A stretch of DNA of 64,000 nt from positions 6,014,001 through 6,078,000 of the forward strand of contig OZ176052.1 of the NCBI GenBank assembly GCA_964247055.1. The letters are read 5' to 3'. Both the position numbers and the translations under genes were made by a program. Below are positions 54,758 to 64,000 of this stretch, in pieces. Under the pieces are notes generated by a model. The model was given only the letters and a program-made list of their open reading frames with translations, was not told the origin of the DNA and did no database searches. The stretch comes from Paragordius varius (Eukaryota > Animalia > Nematomorpha). The number at the start of each line of letters is the position of its first letter. Position 1 is the stretch's first letter.

Positions 54758-57700
54758 CTATTCTGAATCATTTAATATTGTTTTACTCCTAATTATTGGC
54801 TCCCCTTGAATCTCATCCTTATTATATTCTAAACATTATCCTCAAGATTTAATATTCCTAAATAATCAATTTATTTATGTTAAAAAATCAGTCAATTTAT
54901 AAGAAAAATCCAAAATTTCTATAAAATTTTTATTTGTATATACGCTATATTACAAGATGTTTTGATTGAAATTAAATTTATGACATTAACACTACCAATT
55001 CATTTATAAAAGGATATATGGGTTGCATCATTTGTATGGTCAAAATTCCTAATTGTTCCAGTAAATAAACAAATATATATTTTTGGTGAAAACATCTAAA
55101 TTAACCTCTAAAACGTCCCAACAATATATATAACCATTTTCACTTCCATTGTATGCATATTGGTCATCATGGCTCAATGCATTATCGATTTGAAATCCAC
55201 TGTTTGTTAGAACATTTTGTAAATTATTAGGCATGATCAAAGCTTTAGAAGAAGAATCATTTGGTACTGTGTATTCCGCTAACATTTGGCCATTTCCTTA
55301 TATAAAAAAATATAGATATATAAGGCCAACAAAGTCCTATTGCCACATTCCCGCGGTTTGGTTGGGGCATGAAAATGCGCTAACGGCAAAGGTGAGTTAA
55401 TGATTTTGATCATCCATAATTAGCAAAAAATGCTCACAAAGATAATTTTTAAACAAGTTTTCAAAAAGTCTATACAATTGGCAAAAACTAGAAAAAAATG
55501 TTATATTATATTTGTATTTTACAGTTATCAGTTCGAAATATAATAAATTATTTTTAATGCCGGTATATATTTCGATTTTGGCCCGTCAAGTTCTTTGAGT
55601 CAAAAATGCAGACCGCGAAGCCACTTGTTTGGACACCCCGTAATCCACATTTTTCAAGTATTGTTACAAAAAGGCAACCTATCTGTAATTGGATGTTTTT
55701 GGGGGTTACTCGATATATTTACGATTAAAGAAATACTGCTAAAAAGGTATCAAATTAGCTGAAATTTTTTAAATTCAAATAAACATTAACATAGGTGAAA
55801 AATTTCACATCAATAATTCAGAATTTTTTCAAAGCTTTTAACCACACTGATTCCATCATTTGAGCCAAAATAAACGGCGTAAATCTTTTTAGCACATACT
55901 GATATGATGGACTTTTCAAATTTTAAACCTAGTTTTAAATAATTCATAATGGTAGCATTGGTATCGCCAAATAATTTTAAAGGGCCGAAAAAGATATTTT
56001 TCTTGTCTCTAAGGCCATAATACTGATAAAACCAAAAAAAAGCATTTTTCGGGCAGCGATTTGAGTACCGCTAGTTTAGAGATTAGTGTTTTTTACCGAG
56101 TTTAACCCTATGTATAATTAAAACAATAAAAAAATTAAACATTTTTTTTCAAAATTTTAGAATAAAATTAAACGTTATATATTATTAAAAAACTGAATAT
56201 TATAGGAAATTCACTTATATACATTAATTACACTTGACAACAAATCTTAACTTTTTTTAACTGCCATTCTTGTAAATTTAAAATTTATTTCATTAAAGTA
56301 CATAATTAGTATATCTGAAAAGAAAATTGGTCTAGCATGCAAGGATTTTTTTATATTAGAGTTTATCGATAATTTTTGGCCCCGATTTAACATTAAACTT
56401 GAAATTTCGAAAATTAAAAGTTTTAGATATAAAGCCATGTATTTTATATCATTCGAAAGAGCGCAAAAAACTGCATCTTTTAAATGATAGTAAGTCATTT
56501 AAATCAATCGGATGTAAAAGTTATTTGGATTTAAATGGTCGAAATTTTCAATCCTTAAATAAGTCAAGACTTTTCACAGACAAACTAATTTGAAAATCAT
56601 ATAAATTATTTTAATATAATTATTAGGGTTGTATTAGTATTTAATTTGCAAAAAATGTTTGAAAAAGCTTTTGGTTTGCTTTTTTAATAAAAATTATTAT
56701 TATCATAAATATTTTACCTAGTGGATACTAAAATGCATAGTTATAGCTATAAATTTATTACATAATGGCTATAAAAGATCAAAAATACCTTAAATTTTGT
56801 TTTTATCTTTAAAATTTCGAAATTATCAGCCTCGTAAAGAAAATAAATTAATATTGATGATATGGTAATTTTTAAAAAACAAAAAAACTGAAAAATGGCT
56901 GTTTTGAGTGACATAAAAGCAATAAAAAAATGTTTAAATTAAAAAAACTTTCTTGTGTTATCTTTTTTGGACATTCATCACCATCTAAACAAAGTTTGGG
57001 CTATTTTCATCCATTAGTTTTAAAAATATAATAATTTAAAAAAAATGCTCTCGCTTCGCGCGTTTGTCGCTCTTTGTGTCCAATATTAACTGTCGATGTA
57101 ATACATATTAGTATGCATTTTATAGATTTTTTAATACTCTTTCGAATGATATATTACAAATGGGCATTACTTGTATATTTTCAAAGAAAAACATTTTTTA
57201 GTAAAATTTTGATAAAGAGGGCGCATAATCAAAAAAATCAAATTATGCAAAATTCTTCCAACGAGTTATAAATTTTATTTCAGATTTACTGTTAAAAAGA
57301 TACTAAATATCAGAAAATGCAAAAAACTCGAGTGGCAGAAAAATTTGTTGTCCAGTGTTATTGAGCCATAAATTTTTTCGCATCAGGGTCATTATGGGGT
57401 AGGGGTTACACTGTATTTAAAACCCAAAATAGTAATACAGTCATGTATCCTTTACCTTATCAAAAATTTATTTTTTTCCGTTAAATGGGTATAAATATTT
57501 GGTAAAGAATAGAAAAAACAAGAGCTCTATGGTAATTATTATGCTTTTTTGATGGATATTGTTAATACCATAGAGCTCTTGTTTTTTCCATTCTTTACCA
57601 AATATTTATTATACTCAATTAACAAAAGAAAATAAATTTTTGATAAAATAAAGGATACATGACTGTAAAAAACTGCTAATTAGTTAAAAAATACTAAAAA

Positions 57701-59326
57701 TTTTTAATTCAAAAAAACCTGTATCAATGAGGAAATGTTGTCCATCCAAAGTAGAAACGAAAACACACTTATAATTTTCACCCTTTTTATCGGCCTTGTT
57801 AGTTATGGAGATAGAAGAAAGACCCTTGGTGCTTAATTTATCGCATTCAGCGCGTCCATTGCGTAAATCATAGCGTCTGACACAACCATCAGCACTTGCT
57901 GTAAATATTTCATATTGACTCACACAAATCTTTATTATGCTATCCGTCGCATCTTTTATAATCTATCAGAGAAAAGCACGAACATTTTTTAATATTATCT
58001 CTCAAAAATCATGATTAATTATAATCATATAAAAGGGATTTGCTACTTTATGTTTTGAGTAAAATATTGAGGTTTTATTAAAAAATCTATGTCCCCCTCA
58101 TAATGAGTTTAAAAAATAAGCATCCTTTCCCACAAACTTACCAGTTTATGGGCATATCGAAGCCTTCATTTACCCATAAAAAAGTTAATCATTTTCTAAA
58201 TTTTTAAATATTTTGTAAGATAACCCGACTATTATTAAAGTTAAAATTATACTTATATTAACATATTATACATCGATAAATACGAAGAGTAAATTTAATT
58301 GTGTTAACATGTAATTAGCAGAAATTGATTGATAGAAGATTTTTATGATTGTATAATATTTTTTTTTATAAATATAGATGATTATAAATATATATCATTA
58401 GGCTAAAATATTCAATATGTCATCCTGAATTTAGCGAAACCTAATATTTGTTAAGATATAATACTTGAATCTCAGAATTGGTATTACTTTTCATATCCCA
58501 AATACGGACGGTGCTATCAATTGATCCAGAAAAGAGAACCGTGGAATCCTCATTAAATGTAACACAATTAATTCTCCCTAATGTGATGAATTTTTTTAAA
58601 AAACTGTTTAATTATCAGTTATTAGGATCTCTGGGGCTTATTCATTTATATTGTATTTATGTAATTGGAAAATATCATAAACATATACTAAAATTTCTCA
58701 GCATAACATCATTTTGATGCAGAAATTATTAAAAACCTATTTTTTAAAAAATGTAAAAGAATGCAAACGCAACACAATATGATATATTCAAATTCAGCTA
58801 ATAATATTTTAAAGAACGCCATAAATTAAGGACGGATATCTATCAGAACTGATACATTTTGTATATAAAACATGAAGAAAATCTCATATATTTGGTTTAA
58901 ATATAAGCAGTATCGGTTGCTTATTAATAAACTTAGCGATTTATATTTTATGCTAACTAATTTTTTATTATAATTTCTATGCCATATAAGAATATGTACC
59001 TACATGGCCTTTGAATCTTCGCAAAACTCGACCCGAAGACACGTCAATTAATTTGCAAGTTTTATCCATCCCCCCACAAATAAATTTACAATTGTCTTGG
59101 GTAGCGCAAACATCCAAACATTCTGTACACTGACTCTCATATGTTTTAATTTTCAAATCTTTATAAGGATTCCACAGAGTTATAGTTTTATTGCTACCTG
59201 ACGATAAACAATAACATCCGTCAGCTATTAAATATAATTAATTCTTTAACCATTATATCTTATAGCTCTAATCGAACCTTGATCAGTTTCAATCGTAGTT
59301 CGAAGCTGGGTCGGTAGCGAGGGCAT
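54758..59326 (-). CDS. WDR83: WD repeat protein 83 (MORG1), multi-exon; last exon and stop uncertain
   Basis: Exons give QGSIRAIRYN-DGCYCLSSGSNKTITLWNP, GRVLRRFKGH, FNEDSTVLFSGSIDSTVRIWD, SADGCVRRYDLRNG and GSENGYIYCWDVLE. Confidence 0.9.
55324..55392 (+). ncRNA. Degenerate solo copy of the HDV-like ribozyme (WDR83 intron, antisense)
   Basis: Aligns to the reverse complement of 38382-38451; P2, P4 and J4/2 intact; P3 has an A-G mismatch and the P1 3' strand lacks one nt. Confidence 0.65.
55400..55640. mobile_element. hAT MITE lacking its left terminus
   Basis: Interior and right end TTTGGACACCCCG match 1122-1395 and 32638-32932. Confidence 0.65.
57438..57665. mobile_element. Tc1/mariner-type hairpin MITE in WDR83 intron
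   Basis: TA|CAGTCATGTATCCTTT...AAAGGATACATGACTG|TA; arms of ~100 nt are largely complementary. Confidence 0.8.
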
Positions 59327-59380
59327 ACAAATAAATTTAAAATTGTGTCTGCATGTTATTATGAATGTATCGAAACATAA
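59327..59380. promoter_or_regulatory. 54-nt gap between divergent WDR83 and INSIG start codons
   Basis: CAT at 59324-59326 and ATG at 59381; promoter function is inferred. Confidence 0.45.
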
Positions 59381-60554
59381 ATGTTATTGCTAAAAAGATT
59401 TTCATGTTTAACACGGGCCAGTATATTATTTACCCTGGGAGTTTTAACATCTCTTATTTTAAATTTATTGCAAGTGCAAAGAAATATAACCATTTTTCCA
59501 AATAACTCCAATTCCTTACTTTATACTGTTTGGTGGGTTCCCCCTTCTTGTGGTTTTGTTGCAGGTTTATTTAAATATTTTTATTTTACAAGTTATAATT
59601 GGTCTACTTTATCCGTTTCTCGATTTTTATTTTGGAGAGTTTGCTGTTTATGACCGAGAATGGTCAAGTATAATGCGTTGCGTAGCCGTCTTTTTTGGAA
59701 TCAATCATGCAAGCGTGGTATTAATATAAATAACTAATTTTTATTCATTAATATGGTATTAAACTCGTATTTATATTTATAAGAAAATAGATTTCGCAAA
59801 TAATATGCAATTTTCGTTGACCCTTGCAGCCCTGTCAGTCGGATTATGGTGGCTATTTGATAGATCACGCATTGGATTTATTGTTGGACTTATAACTGCA
59901 TTTATCACCACACTCATTTGCCAACTTCTTGTTTACAATGAAATTTTCGAGTAACATAATAAAAGATTTTTTTGGCATATAAATATATTAGTTTTTTGGA
60001 ATTATTATTTTTTTCCGCATATTATAAGAATATATTATTTGGATAGATAAGGCGTAAAATCTATATAATGTCCAAGTAATTTATTAAGTCGCATTTGAAT
60101 TATGAAATGGTCATTTAAAGTTTATATATGGGGGGGGGGGTAACATATGGTGTTGGAAACTTTTTATCTCTTATATACCCTATCAATCATATTGATTCTT
60201 TATGAATAAATGAATTAAAAATATTGTTGGCTTTTTAAAAAGTTGAAGACATTTTTATTTGCATCCCTTATTAAAATTTAACTTTTACTTAACATTTATT
60301 TAGGCTTTTTTTGTAAATATTTTTGTATTTTTACAGATATACAGAACCAGATTTTATATATGTGAGATCGTGGCTCCCATGTATTTTCTTTTCTGGTGCT
60401 GTAACAATCGGCAATATTGGAAGACAATTAATTAAAGTAGTTTATTTATTTTGGAAATTAAAATGTTTTATTTGACAATATATAATTTATTATAATTATT
60501 TTGATTTTCAATTAAATTTAGTACGAAATGGAAGATTATGATAAAGACGATTAG
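59381..60554 (+). CDS. INSIG: Insulin-induced gene protein, 5 exons; one apparent -1 frameshift in exon 2
   Basis: [94 protein letters not shown]; stop TAG 60552-60554. Confidence 0.93.
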
Positions 60555-60728
60555 AAAACAAAATATAGCTGTAATACAAATCCCAAATATATATATATTA
60601 TTTATATGTATTTATTATTTATTATAATTTTGTTAGATACGAAAATAAATAAAAACAATATATAGTTTGTATTTTTACATGAAATTTCCGATAAATTGTA
60701 ATAAAAGTCATATATGAAAACAAATATA

Positions 60729-61320
60729 CCATTTGCACTTTAATAGTGTCTTTGAACATTTTAAGGTGATCCTTAAACACTTGAAGTTAGTCCTTGAACA
60801 TTTCAAGATAGTCCTTGAACATTTCAAGTTAACCCTTGAACATTTCGATTTGGTTAAACACTTCAAGTTGGTCCTTAATATTTTTAAGATTTAATTTACC
60901 CATAATTTTTGCATTTATTTTTTTATTTTATTATAAACCTGATTTTCTATTATTATATATTTATTAATCTAAAAATAAATTTTTTCATTGAAAAACCAAT
61001 ATTTTTATTTCAAGCTAATTTTTTTCCTTGTCAACAAAATTATTTAAATGTTTTCAACGAAAAATTGTAGGTATTAAACCAGAAAACTTAATTTTTAATT
61101 TAATTAAAATCTTACAAAAATAATTCAAAAAATAAATAAAAATATACAGTTTCTGAATGATTAAAAGTTGATGTTGTTAAGTTTATGTTAAATAACAGAA
61201 AATAGTTCAAAAACGATAAATTAGATGAATGATATACGATTTTGATAAAACTTAAAAGCGAAACAAATAAAGTCAAAGGACCAACTTGAAGTGTTTAAGG
61301 ACACTCTTGAAGTGCAAATA
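60729..61320. mobile_element. Foldback MITE, same family as 13606-14226
   Basis: TA|CCATTTGCACTT...GAAGTGCAAAT with 21-nt repeats and similar interior. Confidence 0.75.
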
Positions 61321-62828
61321 TATTTGACCCTGAAAATTGTTTTAATATAAAAGATTTTGTTGGATAGTTATCAATATCTAAACGCTTTATCTATTTAAAT
61401 GTTTGGTTCTTATATTTTTTATAAAAGTTTGACGGTCAAATATTAAGCTAAATCTAAAAGTGAAGGCCGAAAACTTTACATAAATAAATGATTTTGTTAC
61501 TGAACTTTTTATTAATTTATATTATTAATTTTAGGTTATTAATTCTATATATTATAACCAAACTTACAAAAAATTTAAGACTCGCAGGGGGCTTGCTTGA
61601 TAAGAGTGATAGTTTATGTAAATATATTTTTTTGTTAAAGGAATATTTACTTTGACTGGGATTGGTTGTTTTACTTTTATAAATAGGTTTAATATTTAGT
61701 ATTAGGTATAAAAATACAACTGTAATATTAATATTAATCAGATTTAATTCATATAATATAATTAATTACTAATTCAATCAATATTATACGATTATAGCAT
61801 AATTTGTATGTATGCTGACAAACATATTCAAATAGATTTGATAAAATGAATCTTAACGCAATCTATATTAATTGCTTAAATAAGCTAAATTGTATAAATT
61901 TAGGAGATTAGATCCAAAAAACTTTATTTGTTTTTACAAATTCAATTGTACACCTTTCGATTTAATTTAATTCGATTTGGTTATTTATGTAAGCAAAACT
62001 CAAGAGTTTATGTAACAAGCCGTCAAAATTCAAATCATTTAGGAATTATATAATTTAGCTCGAAATTCTAATTAAACACATTGCCAGTCCTTATGGTTAT
62101 GTAAATAGTAACTCATCCGATAATAGATGTATTTTTATAGAATTTAATTTAACCCATCCAATTAAATACAATGAACGATATAAAAGAATTTTTTTCAGGC
62201 AAAGTAGGCTAGTTAAAAATACTAATGATTTAACCAAAATAAATAAGATATATGAATTTCGTTACGAAATTTATTATTAATAATAGATTTTAAATATTCA
62301 TTTACGATTTACACGTGTACGTAAAAATATACTAAAAACCTGAAACGAGTATCAAAAAGAATTTATATAATTTTAGCATTTGATTTGACATTTGTGGTGT
62401 TGTAAAAAACTAGAATATATATTGCATTGTCCTGTTATCGATACATAAAAATGAAATGTCAGAGATGTGATACAAAATTATTTGTTTGATTGAAGAGATC
62501 GGCGTAGATAATGAACATTCACTTTCATGCAGTAAATATTAAAATTATAAGGGCAAAACGGACTAATATTTTATAAAGACAATATTTTTATATTATTTTT
62601 TTTTTCTATTCAACTAAAATGATAGTGAGAAATATATAATAGTGCAATTCCAATTTACACCTTTATTTATCCATTTTGCGACCCAAAACAATTTGTTATA
62701 TTAAAAACAAAAGTATGGCTGTTTTAATTTTAAAATATTTGTCTTTTTACGTTTTGCCTTTATACTTTCGCTTACATTATACTTTCTAATAAAATTTCAT
62801 AAAAAGAGTAAATGCCATTTTTTATGAT

Positions 62829-64000
62829 TTAGACTGGAGTATGATTTCTTTTAACATATTCGGAATCAATAATCATTGGACTGACTGATGTGGTCACATG
62901 ATAACGATCATTCAAAGGAGCGGGTTGAGATGAACCATAACTAGTAGTCTGCCCAAATTGACTTTTTTCATAACCTTCTTTTTTACGGTACCACTCTAAT
63001 AAAGTGATATATGGACTTCATAATTTAAACATTTGAAATATGCATAAAAATTTGTAATTTTTATAGATTATATATATTTTAAAGGAATGATTGTTAGCGT
63101 GGTTAAACCAAATATATTTACGTATGATGTGATAATCGCTTTTTTGACCACTTTTATTTTTATAAAAGTGAGTTTTAAGGCTTTCATGAGTTCAATAATA
63201 AAATAATTGGGTCCTTGCTTTTAACACAAAAAAAGGTGACTATAACCTATGTTGAGAGAATTACGCATTCTATATTATGATTAAGCTGAAATGCGTATCT
63301 TATAAAAATATAAATTTTAATTTTCAACCTTTTTTTTATTTTTTTTCTATAAAGACTTTACAATAAAAGTCGAAAATTAAAATTTATATTTTTATAAAAT
63401 ACGCATTTTAGTTTAATTTTTAATAAATTTTATAAACTATGTATTTTTCAATTTTTTTATAATTACAACGCCTGTTAATTTATAAATCCAATAACCTTTT
63501 ATATTTGAATTGAATCCTGCATCACACCATATATCACGTAATGGATTAAAATTACGAATCGCTGCACTAGCCTATATATAAAAATTATATTCAAATGAAT
63601 ACTTATAAATTAAAAATTTTAATTATTAAACTTCAAATTAATTTAAATATTTTTGTAAAAAAAATATTTTTTGATCCATCACATAATAATAATGAATAAG
63701 ATTTTAAAATATATAATGCAATGTACTACCACTAAACATCCATACTTTTATTCTTAAACCAAAACAATGTACACTAACAAACCAGGTTGTATTTATCAAA
63801 AAAATAAGTCTTTTAGATTTTACATACTGTCTTTACAATATTTATTTGATGCTCACAAATAAAATTCCAAACACAGCTCCTAAAGCGAATCCTGCTAGTA
63901 CATCAGACCAATGGTGTTTGAAATCTGATACACGAGTTATTCCAATCCATAACGATAATGTTATAAGGGCTATCAAATAAATTAAAAAGACATAATGTAA
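62829..64000 (-). CDS. PAP2-family lipid phosphate phosphatase, 3' part (runs off window end); final exon tentative
   Basis: Exon 63857-64000 gives WIGITRVSDFKHHWSDVLAGFALG (PAP2 C3 motif) ending at a GTGAG donor; candidate last exon ends RNHTPV* at 62829. Confidence 0.8.

Overview
Very AT-rich eukaryotic (animal) DNA. Many GT-AG introns are only 22-28 nt long, while others are large and filled with transposons. This style suggests a reduced parasite (myxozoan, dicyemid or orthonectid type); that is inference and the species cannot be fixed from sequence alone. Genes recognised by manual splicing and translation: a Klarsicht/nesprin-type KASH protein, SmE, a SHARK/HTK16 SH2-ANK-SH2 tyrosine kinase, WDR61, MED17, a G-protein gamma subunit, WDR83, INSIG, a partial PAP2 lipid phosphate phosphatase and one unidentified membrane protein. 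WDR61/MED17 and WDR83/INSIG are head-to-head with only 28 and 54 nt between start codons. Mobile DNA is abundant: Helitron-like elements, hAT, mariner, piggyBac-like and foldback MITEs, and two RTE-type retrotransposons. Most striking: a complete HDV-like self-cleaving ribozyme fold (38382-38451, minus strand) is the inverted 5' tip of an RTE insertion bounded by a 12-bp target-site duplication, with the inversion junction at the predicted cleavage site. A second, decayed solo copy lies at 55324-55392. Both are antisense to their host genes. No CRISPR, rRNA or tRNA was seen. Coordinates were read by eye and repeat ends may be off by a few nt.
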